Position numbers and translations under genes: made by a program
Part shown: in pieces, positions 39,521 to 47,906 of the stretch
How the letters are laid out: each line of letters starts with the position of its first letter
How positions within the stretch are numbered: the stretch's first letter is position 1
Notes under the pieces: model-generated
Database searches by the model: none
Told to the model about the DNA's origin: nothing
The model's input: the letters and a program-made list of their open reading frames with translations, nothing else
Source of the DNA: Archaeoglobaceae archaeon
Lineage (GTDB): Archaea; Halobacteriota; Archaeoglobi; Archaeoglobales; Archaeoglobaceae
Reading direction: 5' to 3'
DNA length: 64,000 nt
NCBI GenBank assembly: GCA_015520485.1
Contig: WAPX01000053.1
Coordinates: 27,336-91,335, forward strand

Positions 39521-39705
39521 TTTATCAAGCTATGAACCTTACTTCTGCATTCCTCAATTCTATGCAGTACTGCTAAGGCTTGTAAGGATCGTTTGTTCTT
39601 ACCGTACTCTATTAAATCCTTTCCAACGCAGATCCGGTAAATGCATTCATATAATGTTGGAAACACAATTGTTTCACCTTCTTCAAAAGAAAAACTAGCA
39701 ATCAC
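39517..39705 (-). CDS. hypothetical small protein
   Basis: 62 aa, translationally coupled to the 94-aa ORF. No recognisable motif. Confidence 0.3.
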   Translation of the reverse strand: MIASFSFEEGETIVFPTLYECIYRICVGKDLIEYGKNKRSLQALAVLHRIEECRSKVHSLIK

Positions 39706-40019
39706 CTATAACTATTTTTTCTTAGCAAACAATATTAAGTGATTATTTTTATCTCTTATATGGGCCCAAAGGAGCAAGAGTGTAAATACATTTTCCTAGA
39801 ATCCTAGGCCTAAGACAGTTATGAAGTTTTATTGTTGTTCTACCAGACTTTCTAACAATAGGTAGGTGAAAGTAATAAACTCTAAATCCTACTTTTTCCA
39901 GCGTTTGAGAAATTAAGTTTAGAATACTATAATTACTGGAAGTGTTTATCTTGACAGTCCCGCTCTGGTTTATTTCCATTTTTTGTTAAAACTCTAAATC
40001 TAAAATTATTATCTAAATA

Positions 40020-40334
40020 TTAAACAAGCTCAAAGTATATCACCGTTATCAAATCGGAATCCCTTATTCTTCCGTATATCCTTTTCAAGGTTTCCAGCAG
40101 CTCCTCCCTGCTGTTAAACCCATCCTTCCTCGCATCCTCATCGCTGAGCTCCCTGACTCTCTTTACGACTGCCTTCGTTATTCTTGCTTTGGCAAATGGT
40201 CTGGAGGAAGTGGTGAGATAGACGACCTTTCCCGCCTCACAGCTCTTTATACCCTTTCTTATCGTACTTTTTTTCCTTCCGGAGAGTATCAGATCCACGT
40301 ACTCCTCGTCGAAGTTTATCGATTTCATACTCAA
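40020..40334 (-). CDS. ASCH domain protein
   Basis: 104 aa. FDEEYVDLILSGRKKSTIRKG resembles the ASCH/PUA-like N-terminal motif. Confidence 0.7.
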   Translation of the reverse strand: MSMKSINFDEEYVDLILSGRKKSTIRKGIKSCEAGKVVYLTTSSRPFAKARITKAVVKRVRELSDEDARKDGFNSREELLETLKRIYGRIRDSDLITVIYFELV

Positions 40335-40478
40335 AGCTCCGCACGATTTTTAATGCTGTCATTTAAGCCTGTTTTTATTGATTCTGATTAAGCGAGAAAC
40401 AGCTTTTACGACCTCCGAATATTCGATAACCGATATAGTTTTATACAGTGTGCTTTCGTAAACAGATTTAAGCAACCG

Positions 40479-41036
40479 GTGGTTAAAATGTCAGTAAAAA
40501 AAGGTCAGGAATTTAGGGGATTGCTGAAACTGCTGATACTCAACGAGCTTGAAAGTGGTGAAGCTACCGGTTACGAACTCATACAGAAAATAAGCAACAA
40601 GGTAACAAAAAAGCCCTCCCCGGGATCTGTGTATCCAATACTCAAGGAAATGGCCAGTTCAGGTGTACTTAACTGCAGAAATGAGGGAAACAAAAAGCTG
40701 TACTCGCTCTCTTCAAAAGGTAAGGAACTCCTGGAAAAGATATACCAGACCGAAAAAGAGGCGATATTCAGCAAGGTCGAAATACTGAGGCTTGCAGGCG
40801 TTATAAACGAAGAGGAGGCAGAATACATAAACTTATTTATAAGTGAGAAGAGAATGAACTGGTTTAAACTGTATAAGCTCAGAAACTGGATCCCTTTTCT
40901 CGAACTCTTAGTTCAGGCAGCGAAGGTCGACCGCGAGTTCGTTGAAAGAGTAATACGCGAAGCAATGGAAAAGATTCAGGAGTTTTTAGATAAGTACAAT
41001 GAAAATAAAAATGAAGTAAATAAAATTAATAGTTAA
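40479..41036 (+). CDS. PadR family transcriptional regulator with extended C-terminal helical domain
   Basis: LKLLILNELESGEATGYELIQKI...PSPGSVYPILKEMASSGVL. Confidence 0.8.
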   Translation: MVKMSVKKGQEFRGLLKLLILNELESGEATGYELIQKISNKVTKKPSPGSVYPILKEMASSGVLNCRNEGNKKLYSLSSKGKELLEKIYQTEKEAIFSKVEILRLAGVINEEEAEYINLFISEKRMNWFKLYKLRNWIPFLELLVQAAKVDREFVERVIREAMEKIQEFLDKYNENKNEVNKINS

Positions 41037-41048
41037 GGTGATGTAAAA

Positions 41049-43148
41049 ATGAAAAAATTAATGATTGTAACGGCAGTTCTGTTTGTGCTTGTGGCTTTGC
41101 AGCCTGTCTCAGCTATCTCAGCTGAAATGAACTTCCACGCAACGTGTGTTCCAGACACTCTGCACCCGGGAGAGCTCGCAAAGCTGACGATTCTAATAGA
41201 CAACGACGCCAAAGCCAGTGGATTTGTTGTAAACGCAAACACTTCAGAACTGCTTAAGATGATAACAACTGTTTACAACGTTAGAGCAAATTTAAGCGGA
41301 GACCTGCCGTTTACGGTTGAGAACGCACACTATCAGTTCGTTGGAACGATTCCGCAGGGAATGCCCGGAAAGGCTGTTTTTATCGTTAAGGTTCCCGATA
41401 ACGCAAAGCCGGGTACGTACAGCATACCAGTTACTCTGAAATACACGCAAATAGTGGCAACTCCAACATCACAGGGCTTCTCTCTCACGTACCTTGATGA
41501 CCAGGTGGATACGGTTTACGCTAAGATAAGCATAGCGAGAAAGGATTTCGATGTAAGCCTGAAGTCAAATTCTGCTCTCTACGCAGGGGCCGAGGGTACT
41601 GTAAAAATTGCGGTAATCAACACTGGCAGATACACGATGGACAACGTGAGCGTTGCTGTTAACACAACACCGCCCTTCATGCCCAACGTCGGAGCGGCCA
41701 CAGCGTTTCTGGGAAAGCTGAGTCCGGGTCAAACGAAGTACGCAAGCATAAAGCTCTTCGTCTCAAGTTCAGCGGTAAATCAGACCTACCCGCTTAGAGT
41801 TCTCGTGGTTTTCACGACTCCCGGTGGAAAGCCAGTCATGATACCCAAGGAAGTTGGAATCAGAGTTCTGAGCAGAGATGTGTTTGAGGTTAGCGTTCTG
41901 AACTCGAGAGTTCCCAGATACGTGCCTCTTCCACCTACCACAGGTTTATCGCAGCCTCAAACTCTTCAACAAGCACAATCAACGCCTTCCGTGATGTCTC
42001 CAACTTCAACGCATCTTCCATCGATGTCATCGCCTCTTCCGTCAGCTCTGTCGGGCGCCAGCACGCAGTCCACTGCATCAAACACAGTACCTTCCATAGG
42101 CTACATGACTCTTGAAGTTAAGGACTGCTCATCGCTTGCCAAAGATGTAACGGTCAACGTTATTTTCACGAACCCTATGCTCACCGCAGTAAACAATCCG
42201 TATCTCGGAACGCTGAAACCGGGTCAGACTAAAAAAGCGTTAATCTACGTTCGCTCTCTCGCACCCGAGGGTACGTACAAGGCTTACGTCGTAATATCCT
42301 ACAAGAACGCAGAGGGAGACAGCGTTGTGAGCAAGAAGTATCCAGTTGCTGTGAGAATAACCTCTCCAGCTTTCAAAGTTGTTGAGATAGAAACCAAGAA
42401 CCTTTACGTGGGAAACACGGGAGAAGTCGACGTAACGGTTTCTGGAAACGTCAGCAACGCAAACTTCTACCTGCTTTCTCCCGACCCGTCAATAAAGCCA
42501 GTAAGTCTGACGAGCTACGCTTTCAGTTCTAACTCAACTCTGAAGTTCAGGGTTTACGTTTCATCTCAGGCTGCTGACGGGTACCACTGCATGTACCTGA
42601 TTGGAAGGTACGACGAAGGAAATGCAACGAACCTCGTCTCAGTTCTCAAAGTGCCAGTATTCGTGGAGTCAAAGATGGTTCTATTCAGAGTCGTTAAAGT
42701 TGAAAGCATAGGTCTGTATCCTGACGAGACCGGAACTGTGAAGGTGACTGTAGTCAACGCCGGAAATACTCCTGTTTACAACGCCGTGGTTGAACTGGGC
42801 ATATCTCCACCACTATCGATAGCAGGAGAGAGCGAAATAAGCAGCATGATTGGCGTATCTACGCCCGGAATGTACTTCGTTGGAACGCTCAAGCCCAATC
42901 AGAGCGCGACTGCGTCGTTCAGAATAAAGGTGGACAAACACGCAGGAGCTGGCAGTTATCCGGCTAACGTGAGAATACTGTACTACGACAGTAACGGCTA
43001 CAAACATGTGTCCAACTCGATAACAGTGTCCGTGGAAGTTAAGAACAAGCCACTACTAACGCCTTTAACAGCTTCTGCTCTCGTATTCACGCTGATTGGT
43101 ATAGCAATAGCGGTTAGATACGCGAGAAAACGCAGGAACAAAACGTGA
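41049..43148 (+). CDS. secreted, C-terminally anchored surface protein with repeated CARDB/COG1361-like beta-sandwich domains
   Basis: Sec signal (VALQPVSA|IS). Repeated x-V-x-V-x-N-x-G modules (VKIAVINTGRYTMDNVSV, VKVTVVNAGNTPVYNAVV). A Pro/Ser/Thr/Gln-rich linker at about nt 41930-42100. C-terminal TM helix plus a basic tail RKRRNKT. Confidence 0.6.
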   Translation: MKKLMIVTAVLFVLVALQPVSAISAEMNFHATCVPDTLHPGELAKLTILIDNDAKASGFVVNANTSELLKMITTVYNVRANLSGDLPFTVENAHYQFVGTIPQGMPGKAVFIVKVPDNAKPGTYSIPVTLKYTQIVATPTSQGFSLTYLDDQVDTVYAKISIARKDFDVSLKSNSALYAGAEGTVKIAVINTGRYTMDNVSVAVNTTPPFMPNVGAATAFLGKLSPGQTKYASIKLFVSSSAVNQTYPLRVLVVFTTPGGKPVMIPKEVGIRVLSRDVFEVSVLNSRVPRYVPLPPTTGLSQPQTLQQAQSTPSVMSPTSTHLPSMSSPLPSALSGASTQSTASNTVPSIGYMTLEVKDCSSLAKDVTVNVIFTNPMLTAVNNPYLGTLKPGQTKKALIYVRSLAPEGTYKAYVVISYKNAEGDSVVSKKYPVAVRITSPAFKVVEIETKNLYVGNTGEVDVTVSGNVSNANFYLLSPDPSIKPVSLTSYAFSSNSTLKFRVYVSSQAADGYHCMYLIGRYDEGNATNLVSVLKVPVFVESKMVLFRVVKVESIGLYPDETGTVKVTVVNAGNTPVYNAVVELGISPPLSIAGESEISSMIGVSTPGMYFVGTLKPNQSATASFRIKVDKHAGAGSYPANVRILYYDSNGYKHVSNSITVSVEVKNKPLLTPLTASALVFTLIGIAIAVRYARKRRNKT

Positions 43149-43191
43149 ATAAATTTTTACAATTAATTTTTTATTTTTCAGGTGATAATCT

Positions 43192-44742
43192 ATGAACCAG
43201 AACGATAACACTTCAGAGGAGTTACCAAAGGTTAAAACGAGAGTTGGAGAAGTGAGTCCCTGGTTATCGCTGATACCCGTAATAGTTGGAACTTTCATGG
43301 TCGTTCTCGACATGAGCATCCTCATGGTTGCATTGCCGAAGATAACACAGGACTTTCAGGCAACGGCATCTGAAGTGCAGTGGCTGCTCAACGCGTACCT
43401 GATTACGCTTGTTGTTTTGCAGACCATATTCGGAAAAATAGGTGATGCCACCAGAAGAGACCTGTTTTACGCTGCTGGAATGGCGATATTTCTTACAGGA
43501 AGCTACCTCTCTGCAAAATCATGGTGTATCAGCGTGTTCATACTTTTCAGAGTTATACAAGCAGTGGGTGGAGCAATCATAATGGGTAACGGCCTCGCAC
43601 TCGTGACAGAGCTATTTCCTCCCGGTAAGAGAGGAGCCGCAATGGGTGTGGAGTCAATACTCATTGCAGCCTCTTTTGCTTTAGGCCCGGTAATCGGTGG
43701 CTGGCTCACAACCAACCTGAGCTGGCACTGGGTGTTCTACATAAACGTTCCCGTGGGACTCTTTGGTGTTTTAACGGCGTTTCTGCTATTCCCTCCACTT
43801 GGAAACGTTTCGAAGGAACCCTTGGACTACATAGGAGTCCTCCTCCTCGCAGTGGGACTGGGCTTTTTCACATTGGCTGTAATTAAAGGGCAGGACTGGG
43901 GCTGGTGGAACAGAAAGACGATATGGAGCTTTATAATCTCCTTCGCCTGGCTCACGGCATTCATAATGCGGGAGCTGAACTACGATTATCCCGTCCTTGA
44001 CTTAAGTCTGTTCAAAATAAGGAACTTCACTGCTCCAATGACAGCCCTTTTCTTCATGTCGTGGGGAATGGCGGCAGCCATATTTCTGATTCCATACTAT
44101 CTTCAGGACGTTCTCCGTCTTACAGCAGAAAGTGCAGGACTGTGGATGCTTCCGATGTCGAGCGTAAACCTCGTAGTAGCACCCATAACTGGTAAGTTAA
44201 GTGACAGGATAAATCCACAGATTATGATGTGTGCATCCCCATTTGTCTTCATATCCGGACTTGTAATGCTGTCAAATATCGGTGTAAACAACGACTTTTA
44301 CAGCCTCGTCTTACCCTTCCTCGCTCTCGGTTCGGGTATAGGGATGATAATGCCAGCAGCCATGAACGTGATGATGAGTGCCGTACCAAAAGAGAAAGCC
44401 GGTATGGCGAGCGGAACCATTCAGACCTCAAACTCTCTCGCAAGAAGCATAGGAATAAGCTTTGGAGGTGCTGTGCTTACAGGGAAGATGAACGAACTGA
44501 TAGTTAACGCTGGAAACAGAATTCCAAGTCCACAGGAGATAAAGCTTCTCGGCCTCCTCGCAGTAAAGGGTAACCCGCTACCGCTTCTCGAGATAGTCGA
44601 TGCCTTCCTCAAAGGACTGCATGCTGTCTTTATCTCAGCAATACCGATTATAGTGCTCAGCCTAATAATCTCGGTGTTCTTCGTCAGCGGAGAGGAACAC
44701 CTCAGAAAGGTCGGAACAACCAAGGTCAGCGTCGCTCTGTAA
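43192..44742 (+). CDS. MFS transporter, DHA2 (EmrB/QacA-like, 14-TMS) family
   Basis: 516 aa with about 14 TM helices. Motifs GKIGDATRRD and LFRVIQAVGGAIIM are typical of MFS drug:H+ antiporters. Confidence 0.85.
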   Translation: MNQNDNTSEELPKVKTRVGEVSPWLSLIPVIVGTFMVVLDMSILMVALPKITQDFQATASEVQWLLNAYLITLVVLQTIFGKIGDATRRDLFYAAGMAIFLTGSYLSAKSWCISVFILFRVIQAVGGAIIMGNGLALVTELFPPGKRGAAMGVESILIAASFALGPVIGGWLTTNLSWHWVFYINVPVGLFGVLTAFLLFPPLGNVSKEPLDYIGVLLLAVGLGFFTLAVIKGQDWGWWNRKTIWSFIISFAWLTAFIMRELNYDYPVLDLSLFKIRNFTAPMTALFFMSWGMAAAIFLIPYYLQDVLRLTAESAGLWMLPMSSVNLVVAPITGKLSDRINPQIMMCASPFVFISGLVMLSNIGVNNDFYSLVLPFLALGSGIGMIMPAAMNVMMSAVPKEKAGMASGTIQTSNSLARSIGISFGGAVLTGKMNELIVNAGNRIPSPQEIKLLGLLAVKGNPLPLLEIVDAFLKGLHAVFISAIPIIVLSLIISVFFVSGEEHLRKVGTTKVSVAL

Positions 44743-44848
44743 GGTTTGAATTAACCTGAATTAATTTGAGAAATCCAAGAGGAATTTAAATAAAGCGACG
44801 CAAAAGCGACAGGTAAAAAGCAAAAACGAAAGTAATCGGGGTGATTTC

Positions 44849-45742
44849 ATGCTGAGCATAGTAACGGACTGGGAAGGCCCGTGGGTTCTGAACGATTTCG
44901 CTTACGAGATATGCAGGGAACTTTTTCCTCCACTTTTTTTTGAAAAACTGAGCAGTTATGACGATTACCTCGCCTACGAGGTAAAAAAACCGGACTACAA
45001 TCCCGGAGACACACTTAGGTTAATAGCACCCTTCCTCGTCGCGAAGGGCGTTAATTCGGCATGGCTTAAAATGAAATCAAAGCCAGTTTACGTGAAAGAC
45101 GCTTTCGCCTCACTCAAAGCGCTGCGCAGGTTCAGCCTTACCGTGGCTTCGACCTCTTACGAACAGTTTCTGGAAGTCAGCTGTGGAAAGCTCGGAGTGA
45201 GGTTTACCGGAACCAAGTTCATACCTGAAAGGTACAGAATGGATACTGAGGAAAGAAAGTTTATACTCGATTCAGTTGAAAAAGTTCTTAAAGCGGACTT
45301 CGACTGGCTTGACAGGTTTTTCTGGGAAGAACTGCAAAGTTTCAAGACATCGAAAAAAATAATGGAAGAAGTAAAGGTCATGGGTGGCAGGAGAAAAATG
45401 GAAGTTGCTGCAGCTGAAAACGCCGACATCAGCATAGGTGACAGCATTTCAGACATATACATGCTCGAGCTGACGGCAAGGAAAGGTCTCGCCATCTCTT
45501 TCAACGGAAACAGGTACGCACTCGAAAAGGCAAACCTTGCAGTTGTTTCCGACACGGCTCTCGCCACCGCTGCTTCTGTGTACGTTTACGCTCTGGAGGG
45601 AGTTGAAGGCGTAAAAGAGATGTGCGGGAGCGATGGATTCTACTGGCTTCCGGAGCTGAGTGAAGAGGAGTTCGAGGATGTGATCAGAAAATCGGAGAAC
45701 CAGAGAAAAAAGGTGAGAGGAGATGCCGGAAAGCTCGGATAG
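44849..45742 (+). CDS. HAD-superfamily-like protein (possibly EhaR-like)
   Basis: N-terminal IVTDWEGP and the C-terminal IGDSISDIYM resemble HAD motifs I and IV. Assignment is tentative. Confidence 0.4.
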   Translation: MLSIVTDWEGPWVLNDFAYEICRELFPPLFFEKLSSYDDYLAYEVKKPDYNPGDTLRLIAPFLVAKGVNSAWLKMKSKPVYVKDAFASLKALRRFSLTVASTSYEQFLEVSCGKLGVRFTGTKFIPERYRMDTEERKFILDSVEKVLKADFDWLDRFFWEELQSFKTSKKIMEEVKVMGGRRKMEVAAAENADISIGDSISDIYMLELTARKGLAISFNGNRYALEKANLAVVSDTALATAASVYVYALEGVEGVKEMCGSDGFYWLPELSEEEFEDVIRKSENQRKKVRGDAGKLG

Positions 45743-46625
45743 CTACGATGCTGTATGTTTTGGAGCTCTGAATGCTGATGTAATCTTCATTGTCGATAAA
45801 ATACCGCAAAAAGACGATGAAACTTACGTTCTGGATGTGAAGGTATCCTCTGGAGGTTCAGCAGCAAACACCGCTTCTGCTCTTGCGAGTTTTGGAAACA
45901 GGGTTGCATTCGTCGGTGGAGTTGGAAAGGACGAATACGGAGAAATGCTCGTCAGTGAACTCAGGAGGTTTGGCGTTGTACCGTTTCTGACTGAAGGCAA
46001 GAGAAGCGGGAAGGCAATCGTCCTCGTAAACACCGCCGGTGACAGGGCAATTCTCGTGGATCCGGGAGTTAATGACGAGATAAACTCTTTCCCCAAAGTT
46101 AAGGGGAAGATCCTTCATCTCACGTCTTTCGTATGCAGAACAAGTGATGCTCCTTTTCTTGCTCAGCTAAAAGCCGCCAGCGTGTTCGATGTCGTCAGCT
46201 TCGACCCTGGAATGATATACGCTGAAAGAAGTGACGTGTGGAGGCTGATAGAGAAGTGCTCGGTATTCCTGCCAAACGCCAGAGAAGTTGAGAAGATAAC
46301 TGGTCTCGATTACAGGAGAGGTGCGGAGAAAATATTTAGCAGGATGAAAAATGGGGTCGTGGTTGTAAAACTCGGGAGCAAGGGATGCTACGCAACTGAT
46401 GGAAAAACGGAGCTGAAGATACCGGCTTTTGACGTTAAAGTTATCGACACAACGGGAGCTGGAGACGCTTTCAACGCCGGCTTTCTGCATGCATGGTTAA
46501 AGGGATACAGCCTGGAAATCTGCATGAAAGCTGGAAATTTCGTGGCTGCACATAACATACAGTACTACGGAGCGAGAAATTTTCCAGATTTGAACGATTT
46601 AAAAGCGTTTCTCGATTCCCTGTGA
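45723..46625 (+). CDS. PfkB-family carbohydrate kinase
   Basis: GGSAANTA and DTTGAGDAFNAGFL motifs. Overlaps the upstream gene by 20 nt. Confidence 0.88.
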   Translation: MPESSDSYDAVCFGALNADVIFIVDKIPQKDDETYVLDVKVSSGGSAANTASALASFGNRVAFVGGVGKDEYGEMLVSELRRFGVVPFLTEGKRSGKAIVLVNTAGDRAILVDPGVNDEINSFPKVKGKILHLTSFVCRTSDAPFLAQLKAASVFDVVSFDPGMIYAERSDVWRLIEKCSVFLPNAREVEKITGLDYRRGAEKIFSRMKNGVVVVKLGSKGCYATDGKTELKIPAFDVKVIDTTGAGDAFNAGFLHAWLKGYSLEICMKAGNFVAAHNIQYYGARNFPDLNDLKAFLDSL

Positions 46626-46630
46626 TGTTT

Positions 46631-47038
46631 TTACCTCATGAAATAGTAAGCGAGAGCTATTATTAGTATTAGGGCTGCTACTGCTATGGCAATGTCTATA
46701 ACAATGAGCTTCCCTCTCGAGTACGGTTTCGCTCTGCGTCTGGGAACTTCTCTGATTACGTTCAGCTCGCAGTCTATGTAACCTTTTTCTATGAGTCTCT
46801 CTATCGCCTTGCTGACGACTATCTCCGGATACCCGGTCATTCTGGATACAGCTCTGACGTTTTTTGTCTCTTTCAGACACCTGAGCACATTAAGCTCGAC
46901 GTCTGAAATCTGCCCTGCCACTCTGAATCTGGCTTTTTCAGTTTTTTGTTTTCTCTTTTCACTTTTTTCAGTTTTCTCAATTTTCTCAGTCTCCATATAC
47001 GTATCGTCGTCCATCAGAGCATCGATTACGTCGCTCAT
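46631..47038 (-). CDS. membrane-anchored winged-helix protein (paralogue of 49849-50226)
   Basis: Start chosen at MSDVIDAL (nt 47038), preceded by GGGGGTGGAG immediately after the MinD stop. Acidic/Lys-rich N-terminus. wHTH NVLRCLKETKNVRAVSRMTGYPEIVVSKAIERLIEKGYID and a C-terminal TM helix. Confidence 0.6.
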   Translation of the reverse strand: MSDVIDALMDDDTYMETEKIEKTEKSEKRKQKTEKARFRVAGQISDVELNVLRCLKETKNVRAVSRMTGYPEIVVSKAIERLIEKGYIDCELNVIREVPRRRAKPYSRGKLIVIDIAIAVAALILIIALAYYFMR

Positions 47039-47049
47039 GCTCCACCCCC

Positions 47050-47799
47050 TCATAGCCTGAGTATGTACTTCAGCTTTCCGTATGGTCTGGGATAAACGTT
47101 CTCCCCGGCAACCCTTCTTGCAAGCAGGTAAAACTCCTCTGACACCTTTGCCTCCGGTTTTACAGCTGTAACTACATAACTTTTTTCCCATCCTCTCTTA
47201 ATTGCCTTTGACTCCCTGATTATGCCTGCGATTCTGCCAACTCTCTTTTCAGCCATGGCAACAGCCCACTTTTCGCCCTTATACCTGTTCACTATTACAC
47301 CTTCAAAATCGACGTCCATCTGATCTATGACCTTTCTCACTCTCCATGCATCCATTATCGATGTCTCTTCCGGATTGAGAACTATGTAGATCTTTTCACA
47401 CCCCATCATGGGTACGAGAGCGTATTTGCTCAGTCCGGCAGCTACATCAACAACAACGAAATCATAAGCCTCTCCAAGCTCTTCGAGTATGTTTGTAAAC
47501 GCCTGAATGTTCTTTACCTCAGAAGGAGTTTGAGACGAGGGCATGACGTCTAAGGAAATATCTCCTACTCTGATTCTGTACAGAGCATCTTCAATTCTGG
47601 CTTTTCCTGAAATAACGTCAATAAGAGTTACATTTGGTTCAAATCCAAAAATGGCGTGCAGGTTCGGGAGAACGACATCACCATCCACGACAGCAACACT
47701 TCCAAAATTCGTTAACACGGCAGAAAGGTTGGCAGATACCGTGGTTTTTCCAACACCCCCCTTTCCGGAACATATACCAACAACTGGCATAAGCTGCAC
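47050..47799 (-). CDS. MinD/ParA-family P-loop ATPase
   Basis: Deviant Walker A SGKGGVGKTT and the Walker B-like motif FVVVDVAAG. 249 aa. Confidence 0.85.
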   Translation of the reverse strand: MQLMPVVGICSGKGGVGKTTVSANLSAVLTNFGSVAVVDGDVVLPNLHAIFGFEPNVTLIDVISGKARIEDALYRIRVGDISLDVMPSSQTPSEVKNIQAFTNILEELGEAYDFVVVDVAAGLSKYALVPMMGCEKIYIVLNPEETSIMDAWRVRKVIDQMDVDFEGVIVNRYKGEKWAVAMAEKRVGRIAGIIRESKAIKRGWEKSYVVTAVKPEAKVSEEFYLLARRVAGENVYPRPYGKLKYILRL

Positions 47800-47906
47800 C
47801 TTTGCAGCTCTATTGCAATCGTGCTTTTATGCTTTCAGTTTTTTTAACAGCCTCAGAATTTTACGGCATTGTCAGCTTCTTTGATTTATCCTCGATCTCT
47901 TGAAAA

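Noticed and set aside
39749-39979. 76-aa ORF as a Cas2/VapD-like small nuclease
   Set aside because: No conserved N-terminal beta-strand/Asp motif or other family signature could be seen. It is left as an orphan ORF within the AT-rich patch.
46631-47191. Track ORF start at 47191 (186 aa, Cys/Gly/Lys-rich N-terminus)
   Set aside because: The first 51 codons overlap the 3' end of the MinD gene in another frame. A strong GGGGGTGGAG site precedes the internal ATG at 47038, which I used instead.
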